Origin: Lama glama
Lineage: Eukaryota
Length of the DNA: 64,000 nucleotides
Assembly (NCBI GenBank): GCA_028534125.1
Contig: CM052816.1
Span: 57,290,001-57,354,000 of the forward strand
Direction of reading: 5' to 3'
Part shown: in pieces, positions 14,030 to 28,083 of the stretch
Numbering within the stretch: position 1 is the stretch's first letter
Layout: each line of letters opens with the position of its first letter
The notes under the pieces: generated by a model
Told to the model about the DNA's origin: nothing
Database searches by the model: none
Seen by the model: the letters and a program-made list of their open reading frames with translations, nothing else
Translations under genes and position numbers: made by a program

Positions 14030-14900
14030 AATAGTAACTACCTATTAATCAAGAATATATTAATTTTTGAAAATGACTTTTATAAAGGACTCAATAAATG
14101 CTACATTACCTCATGTAAACCTCACAACAACCCCATGAGTATGTACTGTTATTATCCTTACTTTATAGATGAGGGCAATGAGGCTTGTAAGTCTCACTGC
14201 TAGTAAAGAACAGACCACAAACTACAGTGCTAAGTACTGTGCTACACCATAGATAAGAAATTAACTGAGTTTTTTCTTGAGATAATTGTAGATTCACATA
14301 CAGTTGTTTAAAAAAAAAAAAAGAAGAGTACAGAAAGATCCCTTGAACACTTTGCTTGGTTTCCTGCAATGATAACATTTTGGAAAACTAGAATATATTG
14401 TCACAAACAGGATACTGATGACAGTACAATCTATCAACCTCACTTAGGGTTCTGTCTAAAGGATTTTAACCAGCCAATACACACTGGCTTTACTATCAAC
14501 ACTTCTAGATACTCCAGATAAAATTTTTTCAATTGTTTTTACCTCTCTTAACTGGTCTTCACTTATAATTTAATCTTTAAAAGAAATTTCAGGGTTTCTC
14601 ACTATCCTATAGGTTATGTATCTCAGTATCCTCATTGTCTCCACGTATGTGAACTCATTTATTCTAATTTCTCCAAAGCATGGGTCTTAGGGTCAAAGAT
14701 CCTAAAATTTAATCTCAGTGTTCTGCCCTGTACTTAATTTAGGCAAATAATTTAACCTCTCAATATTTCCCTCACCCATAAAATGGGAACAATAGTACCT
14801 ATTTCAAAGAGTTCCTGAAGATCAAAGTTTGCCTGCAAAGCAACTGGCACAGTACATGGCACAAAGTAAGTACTCACTAACCTTTAACCATAATTATTTA
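14030..14900. mobile_element. Two MIR fragments (about 14030-14225 minus, 14680-14900 plus) around an old L1 fragment
   Basis: MIR core motifs cctcacaacaaccccatgag...ttatagatgagg and ctcacccataaaatgggaacaatagtacctat. Confidence 0.65.
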
Positions 14901-15939
14901 CTATTCCTTCACCGAGATTTTTCTAATAGCAAATCCATCCATTCCAACCTCCTTAATAGCCTAACCTTACCATTATATGCCCATCTGTTCATTCTTACAA
15001 CAAAAATGCAGTGTTAACACATTAAGAAGATAAACAGATGAATCAAATACAGAACTTTTCTTCACAAGAGCACAATTACTAAAATTTAAGGTAGACAACA
15101 ATGCCAAAAAAAAAAGTACAGGTAAAGTTCTCTGATGGTGGAAGTAACACATGACCTTGCTCTTTAAGATTTCATTCATTTGACAAAAACTGGAAGATGT
15201 GGGACAGGAAAAGAGTGGGATGTAACATTTTCTAGAGTAAGGACATAAGGGTAACTAAGGTGCCAAGAGCAAAAGGGGGGCATATATAGGAAACAGCAAG
15301 CAGTTCAGGTTGGCTGCAGTGCAGGATGCCAGAAAAGAAATAAAGGAAATAAGACTAAAGACTGGGCAAGGCCAGATCCTGAAAGGCTTTGAACCTAAGT
15401 CCAGATCTAAATTTCATTCTGTCTGTAATGAAAAGTCAAAGATTTATGAGTAATACAATTATAAGTTCATAATTATATAGCCAAAACATTAATGTAAAAT
15501 AGACTGGAAAAGACATCTCTACTATTTAGAAACCTGCTGATACAATCAGGTGGGTAGTGAAAGCATGGAAAGGTCTCAAGGGAAAAAAAAATACTAACAT
15601 AATTGAATCAATACAATTTGAAAGTCAATGAAATGTGGGAAGAAGGAAGTGAAGACGATTTAGGTTTTAAGTCTTAGTTCTGTGAGCTGCGCTGAAAAAA
15701 GATGGCTCCCAGACTTCTCTATAAATCACTTACTCATTTTCCTGAATTCCAAACTATATTTTAACTTATTTACTGGATTGAGTAATTTTTACCTGTGGAG
15801 TGAAACAAATATCTTACAAGAAGATGGTATAGTAACTAATAAATGCAAGAAATCTAGAAGATGGCAGGTATGCTGAGTAGAAGAAGGGAATGGGCTGCTT
15901 ATTACGTTTGATATATCACAACACGCTTATTAAAAGTAA

Positions 15940-16085
15940 GATTCAGGAAACCTGTCATCATCTGTTCTTATAATAGGAACCAGGATTCCTGTACTCGGTG
16001 GTATATCGCCAGTGTCTAAAACAGTGTCTGGAATTCTGTTAGCACTGAATAGATATATTTGTTGAATACATAAGTGAATGAGAAA
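15940..16085 (+). mobile_element. L2 3' end
   Basis: ccagtgtctaaaacagtgtctgg...atatttgttgaatacataagtgaatga. Confidence 0.65.
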
Positions 16086-16444
16086 AAAAAAAGGTTATTA
16101 AATTTTAAGAAAGGTTCTCCATTGGCCTCAATGCTCTGAGGGCTCAATATTCTCTCCCATTCTTTCTGTTATTAAAAAGGCCTTTTGTTGCTAAACTTTT
16201 GAAAATATAAATTGTAATATATTTAGTAATGGTTATGATAACCACTTTAATGCTAAATTATAAACTACTAAAGGTCAAAAGTCAAATATATCGTGAGACA
16301 CAAAGTAAATGATATCTGAGATTTTACACAGATTTTTAGGTATCTCCTAAATTCCATTTTGTAATTTCGGAATTTAAAGGCAAACATATTTGTTACAGGA
16401 TGGGAAATCTGAGTATGTTTCTTTGTAGAGTTTTGTCATCTTAC

Positions 16445-16541
16445 CAGGTCTTTCCTTCCCAGTGCCCTTAGACTCAGCAAATTTTTGTATCAAGCCTTCA
16501 ACTGTAGTATTAGCCATGTTATTTATAAATTCTTCATGGAC
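16445..16541 (-). CDS. FCHO2: FCHO2 exon 8 ([33 protein letters not shown])
   Basis: taatag|GTC acceptor, CTG|gtaaga donor, 97 nt. Confidence 0.97.
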
Positions 16542-17288
16542 CTATTAAAAATAAGATAGATAAGTTTTTTTATTTTCCATAAATATTCTTATTCTATTTC
16601 AGACAAAACTTCCACAAAACAGTTAAAAATCATTACACCAAAATATGTGTTTTTTGACCCAGTGCCTTTGAAAATTTTCATTTACCTAACAGGCTCTGTT
16701 ACCTCATTTAAACTGTTATTAGATCTGTGATTACAAACCACTGTGGACATGAACCCCTTAAGATACGGCCTCATGGCCTTAGAAGTCAAGGGACTGCCCT
16801 GTTTCCATCTTTGAGTATTTTAGAGACATAAATTTTATGATAAATAAAACTTGTATAACAATGAAAATAGTTTAGATCTTTAGTAACAAGGAATAAGGGA
16901 CAATCTTTCTCTACTGTATTTCAATGCATTCTAAATGTCATCACTAAACCTCTTTCACATTTTTGGAAAATTTCTAAGCACAAGTTCCACAACTTACTGA
17001 AGCTGCTATTCTAAATTTAAAATAGTAAAACTTTAAAAAAGAAATATTCAAAAATTGTCAATCTCAGAATTTTAATGTAAAGAGGATTGAGCATAGTTAA
17101 TTTTTTAAATTTAAATTACCATCCTTGATAGGCAAACAATCAAAAATTCAGGTTATTTTATATTTAACACACATAAATGCACTCTTTATCTGAAATAATT
17201 CAGTACCACGTTATGAGTTTGGATTTTTAAAGAGTCTTAAATGAATATAAAATTCCCATGAATCAGTTCAACAAAAGTAAAAACTTAC

Positions 17289-17387
17289 CTGGCCTATCTG
17301 CAAATGAATTTCCTTTATAGCACTTGACAAAGATCCTATAATTTCCTTTATGTGAATAAGATGAGTTTCTTCAATATCTTGAAATTT
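17289..17387 (-). CDS. FCHO2: FCHO2 exon 7 ([33 protein letters not shown])
   Basis: acccag|AAA acceptor, CAG|gtaagt donor, 99 nt. Confidence 0.97.
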
Positions 17388-17879
17388 CTGGGTAGCAAAT
17401 ATAAAAAATTACACACACAGACAGATAATATTCTGAAGTCATCTCAATACAGTTAACCAAATTTAGCAAGTTACTATTATTATATAATGTTTAACAATGC
17501 TTCGAGACAAATGACTCTGGTAAACATACTGAAATAAAGCATTGAAAAAAGTTAACTTTTGTTATGCCATTTCTCAGGCAAATATGAATTTTTTCAGAAT
17601 TAGAAGATCCTACAAATTAAAATCTACAATCTTGGTCAGAAAATCAGAAGGAAACCCACGAAAGAATAGTGTCACAAAAGCCAAGGGAGAAGTGTTTTTC
17701 AGAAACTTAAAAACAATTAGTCGGCAGAGCTAAAACTATAGTTTACTTCTTAGGGCTTTACAATTTAGCCCACAGATTCTCAAAATGCCTAATATTTGAA
17801 ATGTTACTTAGTACACAGTCTCCAAAAGAGGTAGTATGTGGTCAAAGAAATTTGGGAAAGCCTGTACACATACTCTATC

Positions 17880-18033
17880 TCAGCAGTTCTCAACTGAAGG
17901 TGGGGGTGATTCAGATGACCTGGGGGATATTTTCAATCTATAAAACACATAAATCCTCCATGAGGTGAGAATGTTGTTCGGAAAAAATTCCCAGGTTATT
18001 CTGATACTTATTCCCCTGGAAGAAAACCACTGC
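17880..18033. mobile_element. MER5A-like MITE
   Basis: cagcagttctcaac...ttcccaggttattctgat...aaaaccactgctag. Confidence 0.6.
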
Positions 18034-20189
18034 TAGATTTGGCTTCACAATAAACATATTAAAAACTGAAATAACTGAGAAATACTAAAGTAACAAAACT
18101 TGTTTCACTCTGCTTAACCTAATGTTTTCCAAATTTCTTTGACCACACAACCCCTTTTTTTCCTTCTTCTCTGCATATCTATTAATATCTCAAAGAACAA
18201 TAATATTCCTCAAAACAGGATTTGGGAAATGCTGAACTAGTCATTTTCAAACAAAAATAAATTTGTCATTTCTGCTGCACAAACCTGATTACCCATTTTC
18301 TTGCCAAATTATATCAGTTCTAAGGAGCAGGCCTAATGTTTGTTATTTTTCCCTGGTTAGTTTATCAAATTAAATTCCCTCATCCTGTATTTAATGTCCA
18401 ATTTTCTTCAGCACTGAGTTACATGATCAGAAATCACTAAGCCAAATGATCATATCCATATTTGTGTAAAGGGTCTGAACTTAAAAAAATCAGTAATAGT
18501 GAAATTATAGTTTTGGCAGTTATATAACAATAGTCCAAAAACTTAAATCAATTTTATTCATGAGGAATAACAGAGTTAAAAGAAATTGCCTGTCTTGACT
18601 GATTCTGACAAAGTCCAATGAGAATACCAGTATTGCAAGTTCCTGAATTACTCTTAAGAAATTAGGAGCATTCAGCGGGAGCATGATTATATTTTATGTT
18701 CATACTATAAGAATTCACCCTCAGCTTAAATTTCTGCAGTTTCATGCTCAAGATATTTCCTCATAGACAGACCCAAATCTAGGAAAGCCTAGTCAGTCAC
18801 TGAATTTCATTTGGATGACCCCTAATTCCAAAAAAAAGTGTGCCTTCCTTCTCTTTTAAAATACCTACAATGAATAAGTAAAATCCTTAATTACTTAGAA
18901 ATATTGAAGCTTGAATCCACAAAGAAACTCAAAACATGATTCAGATGCAATTTTGAAATTGTGCTTATTTTTTTTTTGGTGGGAGGACACTACTAAATAT
19001 CACAATTCCTCAAAATTAATGAATACTAAGCTTAGAGCAATTCAGCAACAGGAATGTCTCTCAAATGTTTGAATATAAATGAATAAACTTTCTTAAATCA
19101 GATTTTTCCTCCTTGCAATTTCAAATTCACTGTTCATATGCATTGTTACATTAATTTTTTTAAAAAGTACAATTTTGTCAGCCACTAGTGATACATAAAA
19201 GCACTCTAATACTCCTTAATATGAGGGTGTTGCTTAAGCAAATCTCAAAAGTTTCCTTGAACTAGCCATATAACTCTTTATGAATTTTTTCAGAATTTAA
19301 AGTAAACAAAATCTCCCTACTGTTTCACGTTTTTCAAGTGTCATTAACTGGCGAAAAACATAAGCACAGAGTACAATTAAAATCATGCTTATTGTCAACT
19401 CAAATGAAAAAACTTAAATCACAAATACTCCAAGCAGATTCTAACTTCCTTCACCACAGGGACTCAATTTCTTTTCCCACTGGTAGATATATGTCCTGCC
19501 ACCCAAATTTGATTCTCACTAGATTGACAGGCCCCTTCTCACTGGGATTAGGTCTACCTGCTTGGCCTAGAACAAAAGGAGAGAAGTAAAAGAATTCTTT
19601 TCACTTCTAAATAACCCAAATTACAGTCTATTGTCTATTAAGAAACAAAAGTTAACCTGTTCTACAGTTGTGCGTCTGTAACAGAGAGAGCACCAAAGAG
19701 AGAACACACATTAGCACAGTATACTATCGTCTTTATTTAAAAGCAGCATGGTCAAACATCTGCTCAGGCTAATTAATGTTTCCATCTTGGAAATAGCAGG
19801 GTAAACAACTAAAATGTCTATTTGAAAAAAAAAAAGCAATGTGGAAGCAAAAAAGGGTAAGGAGAGGGGAAAATGAGGGCTGAAAATTCTTTAAGAATAC
19901 TTTTATAAGATAATATAAACAAACAAAAAACAGTGACTCCAGCAAACTCTAATTCCTATTTTTTCAAACTGAATTACTGAAAGGCAAATATTTTCACTGA
20001 TAGAAGCTATTTTGTTAAAAAATTAATACATCAATAATGATTGCCTATAAATGTGTTTCTAACATTTAAAAGTTAAAAGGGAACTTGGTGAAGTCTACAA
20101 TGACCTCAGTTGCTATAGAAATTGAAACTTTTTAATCTCATTAGAGTTGGAGGCTCATTTAATGCTAAACTAAACAAAATCTATCTTGA

Positions 20190-21620
20190 AACATTATCAT
20201 TTCCCAGCTTTCTTCCTTCTCTGACTTCTCCTGCTTGAGTTTCAGCACCTCTCCCCTCTCCCAAACTGACAATCACGAGACTCTCCGAGCTGGGCCCTTT
20301 CTTCCCACACTGTATCCAAAGATAATGTCATACGGCTTCGTGTACTGACAAACCCCTATTTCATAAAGGCCCAATCCTTTATTCAAAATCTTTGGGACCA
20401 GGTGTTAAGGAATTCAAATATTTTGGACTTTTAAAATTAAAGATAACATAGTAATATTACCATGTATCTCACAATACTACCAGCAGGATCTGCAGTGGTA
20501 TCTGTCAAACACTAAAGGAAAACATGTATATTCAGTCTAAAGGAAGCCTATAAATATTCTCACATCAATTCAAGTTAAGTTTTACTGCCAAATGAGTTAC
20601 AGAAAAAAAAATACTTGGTTTTCAGAGCTTTTGGAATTCAGAATTGTAGATAAGGGACTGTGAACACTATGCCCAACCCAGATTACTTCAATCCTCCAAA
20701 ACTGCCTACTTGATGTCTTCACTTAGGTATATGCAGCTTAAAATTAACATGTTCAAAACTGAACATCTAATCTAGTTCTGACCCTTCAAACTAACAGCTC
20801 TTCATCTAGCCATTACCATTCATCTCTATTCACATAGGCTTACAAGAAAAAACCTGAAAGAGATCTTCATCTGCCTTAGAATTCCCTCATCCACCCCACC
20901 CCTGCCACCTCCAAATGCATTCAGTTCTCTCCGTCTCCAAGACTACCACACTGAACTTTACAACCTTCTTGCCTAACTACTACACTGCCTTACAAACCAG
21001 ACTCTTGATTCTCCTTTGGCCTCACTATAATCCATTCTTCATGAAACTGCCAGAATTCTCTTAAAATGCAAATCAGATCAGATCATATCCCTGCATACAG
21101 CTATTCAGTGTCTTCCAACTGTTCTTAGAAGAAAATGTAAACCCTTACTAAAGCCTGGTCCCTGACTATCTCTTTAATTCCATTTCTTACCACCATCTCT
21201 CCTTACTCAGTTTTAGTAAGCATTTTTTACCTTCTAGACTGTGACAGCTCTTTTATACCTCTGGGTCTTCATACTCATGGTCCCCAATACCTGGAACACT
21301 CTTGCCCTAGAATGAGTCTCTTACTGATTCTTCAAGTCCCACTTTTAGATATCACTTCTCCAAAAAGGCCTTTTCTAACTCCCTAATCCAAATTAGGTAA
21401 CCTCTATTATTCTATCTCATGGAAGCCTGTTCTTTCCCTCTGTAATATTTACAATAATTTATAACTTTCTATTTAAGCATATATTTAATGTCTGCCTCCC
21501 TCCTCTATACTGTACACTCCACTTAGAGAAGAGAGAACTGTTTTATTTACATATATACTGTATACAACTATCATCTAGCACAGTGCCTACAACATGGTAA
21601 GCAAAGATGGATGCATTATG
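20190..21620 (+). mobile_element. L2 fragment interrupted by a MER46C/Tigger-like MITE (about 20364-20668)
   Basis: L2 motifs aacatgttcaaaactgaac, aaaatgcaaatcagatca, gcacagtgcctacaacatggtaa; MITE ends with cagaattgtagataagggactgtg. Confidence 0.7.
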
Positions 21621-24600
21621 TCTGCACACAGGCATGCAAGCCTTTTAGTTTCTGAGATGTGAATCATTCATAACTCCAGGTGAGAAAACTCCCTGGAGTC
21701 TAAATAGTCAGATTGATAGAGTCCTTCTTCACATTTACTGAGTGCTCACCACGAACTGGAAACTGTTTTAAGGTGCTAAGGAGATATAGCAGTCAACAAA
21801 TCAGTAACTATTCTCATAGAACTTACATTTTAGTGGGGAATAAAGCCAATAAAAAATATGGGTAGAAGAGCCAATGTGCTTCACCACATTACTAGTCCCT
21901 CAGATGTGATGACTAAAAATAATGTTTTGGGCTGGGGACCAAGATGGCAGAGTAGAAAGAGCCAGAGCTCAACCCCTCTCATGAACACACCAAAATCACA
22001 ACTAACTGCAGAACAACCATTGATTAAAAAAAATTAGATCCAACCAGAGAAGCGCTTTCATAACTAAAGACATAAAGAAGGAAACACAACGAGACAGGTA
22101 GGGTGGATTTGCAGTATAATCAACCCTCATATCCCCAGAGCGGATAACCCACAAACTGAAGAATAATCATACTACACAGTTTCACAGGAGTGAGAGTCTT
22201 GACACCCACATCAGGCTCCCCAGCCTACGGGTTCGGCACCAGGAAAACAAGCCCACAGAGCACTTGGCTTTGAAGGCCAGCGAGGCTTAACTGCAGGATC
22301 TCCACAGGACTGGGGGAAATAAAGATTTCACTGCTAAAGGAGACACACAAAATCTCACGCTTAGAGGGACCAAGGGCAAAAGCAGTAATTTCATAGAAGC
22401 TTGGGCCAGACCTACCTGCTGGTCTTGGAGGGTCTCCTGGGAAGGCAGGGAGCAGCTGTGGCTCACCCTGGGGACACAAATATGGTTGCAGACATATGGG
22501 GAGTATTCATCTGCACGAACTCTCCAAGAGGCTGACATCTTGCTTGGGTCATTAGCACCAAGACCTGGCCCCACCTATCTCTTATCTATATAGATAGTAA
22601 GTAAAAACATCCCTAACCTGAGAAAGTAAACAGTTACTCAAGTCCAGGAAGCACAGAGAGTTCCGTACAGAATTAATCAAGATACACTGAAATTAAAATG
22701 ACAAAAATTAAAAATAAAGTATGAATATTAAAAGCAACAAGAGAAAAGCAACAAATAACATACACGGGCACTCCCATTAGACTGTCAGTTGATTTTTCAG
22801 CATAAATTCTGCAGACCAGAAGGGAATGGCACAATATATTTAAAATGATGAAAGGGAAAAACCTACAACCAAGAATACTCTACCCAGCAAGGCTGTCATT
22901 AATATTTGATGGAGAGATCAAATGCTTTATAGATGGGCAAAAGTTGAAAGAATTCAGCATCACCAAGCCAGCTCTACAATGAATGCTAAAGGAACTTCTC
23001 TAAGCAGAAAAGAAAAGGCCACAACTAGAAACAAGAAAACTATAAAATGGAAATTCTCACCAGTAAAGGTAAACATACAGTAAAGGCAGAAGTCATCCAC
23101 ACATAAACTATTACGGAGGTTAAAAGATCAAAGTAGTAAAACGATCTATATCCACAATAAGCAGTTAAGGGATACATAAAAAAGATAGAGGTAAAATATG
23201 ATATCAAAAACAGTAATCATGAGGGGAGGAAAATACAAATGCAAGGTATTTAAAATGCATTTGAAATTAAGAGATCAGCAACTTAAAGTAATCATGTATA
23301 TATACAGACTGCTATACCAAAACCTCATGGTAACTACAAACCAAAAATCTATCATAGATACACACACAAAGAAAACAGAATCCAAACATCAACACTGAAG
23401 ACAGTCACCAAATCGCTAGAGAACAAAAGAAGAAAAGGAAAAAAAGACCTACAAAAACAAATCCAAAACAATAAACAAAATGATAATAAAAACATACATA
23501 TCAATAATAACCTTAAATGTAAATGGACTAAATGCTCCAACCGAAAGACCTAGATTGGCTAAATGGATACAAAAACAAGACCTGAATATTTGCTGCCCAC
23601 AAGTGACTCACTTCAGATCTAGAGACACACAGAGACTGAAACAGAGTATGGAAAAAAGTATTCCAGGAAAATGGAAATCAAATAAAGCCAGAGTAGCAAT
23701 ACTTATATCAGACAAAATAGATTTTAAAATAAAGACTATTACAAGACACAAGGACACTACATAATAATCAAGAGATCAATACATGAAATGAAGATAAAAC
23801 AATTGTAAATATATATGCACCCAACATAAGAGCACCTCTATATACAAGGCAAATGTTTTAACAGATGTAAAGGGAGAAGCTGACAGTAACACAATAATAG
23901 TGGGGGATATTAACACCCCACTTAACATCAATGGACAGATCATCCAGATAGAAAATCAATAAGGAAACATAGGCTTTAAATGACACATTAGATAGATGGA
24001 CTTAACTGGTATTTATAGAGCATTCCATCTGAAAGCAGTGGAATACACATTGTTTTCAAGCACACATGAAACATTCCTCAGGATAGATCACATGCCGGGA
24101 TCCAAAGCAAGCCTCAGTAAATTTAAGAAAATTGAAATCATATCGAGCATCTTTTCTGACCACACTGCTGTGAGAAATCAACTACAAGAAAAACTGCAAA
24201 AAAACACAAACACATGGAGGCTAAACAATATGCTACTAAATAACCAATGGATCACTGAAGAAATCAAAAAAGGAATAAAAAAAAAATACCTAGTGACAAA
24301 TCAAAACAAAAACCCCATGATCCAAAACATACGGAGTTCTAATAGAGAAGTTTATTGTGATACAAGCTTACATGCAGAAACTACAAAAATCTTAAATAAA
24401 CAACATAAACGTACACCTAAAGCAACTAGATAAAAAAGAACAAACAAAACCCAAAGTTAGCAGAAAGAAAGAATTCATAAAGATCAGAGTAGAAATTAAT
24501 GAAACAGAGGTTTTTAAAAAACAGAAAAGATCAATGAAACTAAAAGCTGGTTCTTTGATTTTTTTTCCTTCGGTTTTTTGTTTTGTTTTATTTTTTTATA

Positions 24601-25077
24601 AAAAAGTTGGTTCTTTGAAACAATAAACAAAATTGATAAACGTTGAGCCAGACTCATCAAGAAAAAAAAGGAGAGGGCCCAGATCAATAAAATCAGAAAT
24701 GAAAACAGAGAAGATACAACTGACACCACAGAAATACAAAGGATCATAAGAGGCTTCTATGAGCATCTATATGCAAATAAAATGGACAACCTAGAAAAAA
24801 AATGGACAAATTCTTTGAAAAGTACAATCTCCCAAGACTCTGCCAAGAAGAGAAAATATGAACCAACCAATTACCAATACTGAAATCAAATCACAGTTAT
24901 TAAAAAACTCCCAACGAACAAAACTCCAGGACCAGATGGCTTCACAAGTGAATTCTACCAAACATTTGGAGAAGAGTTAACACTCATCCTTCTGAAAATG
25001 TTCTAAAAAACTGCAGATTAAGAAACACTTTCAAACTTATTCTGAGGCCAAAATCATAGTGATACCAAAACCAGACA

Positions 25078-25201
25078 AAGAAGAAAGAAAGAGAGAAAGG
25101 AAGGAAGGAAGGAAGGAAGGGAGGGAGGAAGGGAGGGAGGGGGAGGGAGGGAGAAGGAGAGAGGGAGAGAGAGAGAGAGGGAGAGGGAGAGAGCGAGAGC
25201 G

Positions 25202-25264
<63 letters not shown>

Positions 25265-25380
25265 GAAAGAAAGAGAGAAAAAGAAAGAAAGAAAAAAGAA
25301 AAGAAAGAAGAAGGAAGGAAGAGGAGAGAGAGAGAGAGAAAGAAAGAAAAAGAAAGAAAGGAAGGAAGGAAGGAAGGAAA
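25078..25380. repeat. Compound (GGAA)n/(GA)n/(GAAA)n microsatellite inside L1 ORF2
   Basis: About 300 nt almost pure purine. Confidence 0.95.
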
Positions 25381-27407
25381 ATTACAGGTCAGTATCACTG
25401 ATGAACGTGAAGAAAAATCCTCAACAAAATACTAGCAAGTTGAATCCAACAAAACATTAAAAAGATCATATTCCATGATCAAGTGAGAATTATTCTAGGA
25501 ATGTGAGAATTTTTCAATATCCCCAAATCAATCAATGTGATACACCACATTAACAAACTGAAAAATAAAAACCATATGATCATCTCAATAGATGCCAAAA
25601 AGCTTCTGATAAAGTTCAACATCCACTTATGATAAAAACTCTCCAGATAGTGGACATAGAACATACCTCAACATAATAAAGGCCATATATGACAAACCAA
25701 CAGCTAACATTATACTGAATGGTAAAAGGCTGAAAGCACTTCCTCTACAGTCAGAAACAAGACTAGAATGCCTACTCTTGCCACTTTTATTCAATGTAGT
25801 TTTGGAAGTCCTACCTACAGCAATCAGAGAAGAAAAAGAAATAAAAACAATCCAAATTGGAAAAGAAGTAAAATTACTGTTTACAGGTGACATGACACTA
25901 TACATAGAAAATCTTAAAGATGCTACCAGAAAACTACTAGAGCTCATCAATGAATTCAGTAAAGCTACAGGATACAAAATAATATACAGAAATGTGTTGC
26001 ATTTCTATACACTAGCAATGAAATTTTAGAAAAAGAAATTAAGGAAGCAATCCCATTTACCATCACATCAAAATGAATAAAATACCTAGGAATAAACCAA
26101 CCCAAGCAGGCAAAAGAGATATACTCCGAAAACTGTAAGACACTGACAAAAGGAACTGCAAATGACAAAGGTGGAAAGATATACTGTGTTCTTGGATTGG
26201 AAGAATTAATATCATTAAAATGGACATATTACTCAATGCAATGTACATATTCAATGCAATCCCTATCAAATTACCAACAGCAGTTTTCACAGAACTGGAA
26301 CAAAAAAATTTAGAATTTGTAAAGAAACACAAAAGACCCCCAAATCACCAAAACAATCTTGAGAAAGAAGAATGGAGCTGGAGGAATCATGCTCCCTGAC
26401 TTCAGACTATACTACAAAGCTACAGTAATCAAAACACCATGGTACTGGAACAAAAATGGACACACAGATCAATGGAACAGGATAGGAAGCCTAAAAATAC
26501 ACCCATACACTCATGGTCAATTAAGCTATGAAAAAGGAGGTAAGAATACACAATGGAAAAAAGACAGTCTCTTTAATAAGCAGTGCTGGGAAAACTGCAC
26601 AGCAACATGAAAAAGAATGAAATTAGAACATTCTCTATCACCATATATAAAAATAAACTCAAAATGGATTACTGTAAGACTGGATACTATAAAACTCCTA
26701 GAGGAAAACACAAGCTCTTTGTCATAAATTGCAGCAATATTTTTTTTTGGCTCTGTTTCCTAGAGTAATGGAAATAAAGCAAAAATAAATGGGACCTAAT
26801 TAAACTTAAAAGCTTTTGCACAGCAAAGGAAATCATAAACAAAATGAAAAGGGATTTTGTATGACATGGGAGAAAATATTTGCAAATGATATGACCAACA
26901 AGGGATTAATTTCCAAAATACACAGATCACAAAGCTTATTATCAAAAAACAATCAAAAAATGAGCAGAAGACCCAAATAGACATTTCTCCAAAGAAGACA
27001 TACAGATGGCCAATAGGCACATGAGAAGACGTTTAATATTGCAAAGTATTAGTGAAATGCAAGTTAAAACTACAATGAGGTATCATCTCACACTAGTCAG
27101 AATGGCCATGACTAAAAAATAACAAATGATAAATGCTGGAGAGGATGTGGAGAAAAGGAGACCCTCCTATACTGCTGGGGAATGGAAACTGGTGCAGTCA
27201 CTGTGGAGAACAGTATGCAGGCTCCTTACAAAACTAAAAACAGACTTATCACATGATCCAGCAATCCCACTGCTGGACATACACCAAGAAAGATAAAAAC
27301 TCTAATCTGGAAAGATACACGCACCCCAATGTTTATAGCAGCACTGTTTTCAATAGCCAAGACATGGAAGCAACCTGAATAGCCATCCATAGATGGATGA
27401 AGAAGAT

Positions 27408-27419
27408 ACACATACATAC

Positions 27420-27472
<53 letters not shown>
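27408..27472. repeat. (CA)n/(CATA)n microsatellite
   Basis: Seen directly. Confidence 0.95.
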
Positions 27473-27474
<2 letters not shown>

Positions 27475-27904
27475 GGAATACTCAGCCATAAAAAAGAATG
27501 AAATAATGCCATTTGCAGCAACATGGATGGACCCAGAGATTATCAAACTAAGTGAAGTAAGTCAGAGAAAGACAAATACCATATATCACTTATATGTGGA
27601 CTCTAAAAAAAATAAGGTTCAAACAAACTTGCTTACAAATCAGAAATAGACTCACAGACATAGAAAATAAATCTTCGGTTACCAAAGCATAAGGGAGTGG
27701 GGATAAATTAGGAGTTTGGGATTAACAAATACACACTACTATATATAAAATAGATACACAACAAGGACCTGAAAAAGAATCTGAAAGAGAATGTATACAT
27801 ACAGATACATATATATATCTGAATCATTTTTCTGTACACCTGAAACCAATGCAACGTTGTAAATCAACTATACTTCAATAAAAATGTTTTTAAAAAACAG
27901 TAAT

Positions 27905-28083
27905 GTTTTAAGAATTAGCTCCTCCACCAGCCTCAGTACCAGGGTGAAGACAATGCATCAGATCTGCAGCTGACCCAAGCTGAACAAATAGCAAGACAAC
28001 AATAATCCTTTCCTATTGTAAGCAACTGAGATTCTAGGGGTTATTTGTCACCTCAACATACCTATCCTATCCTGGCCGAGATA
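27905..28083 (+). mobile_element. MLT1-like LTR 3' part
   Basis: ttgtaagcaactgagattctaggggttatttgtcacctcaacatacctatcctatcctggc resembles the MLT1 terminus. Confidence 0.6.

Larger units (their letters stand above)
21933..27895 (+). mobile_element. Near full-length decayed L1 (5' UTR, partly deleted ORF1, frameshifted ORF2, 3' UTR)
   Basis: 5' ggggaccaagatggcagag; endonuclease start ISIITLNVNGLNAP; RT pieces [11 protein letters not shown] and [27 protein letters not shown]; flanks share taatgtttt. Confidence 0.93.

Noticed and set aside
25054..25460. K/E/R-rich and F/L/S-rich ORFs
   Set aside because: Translations of the GAAA microsatellite within L1.
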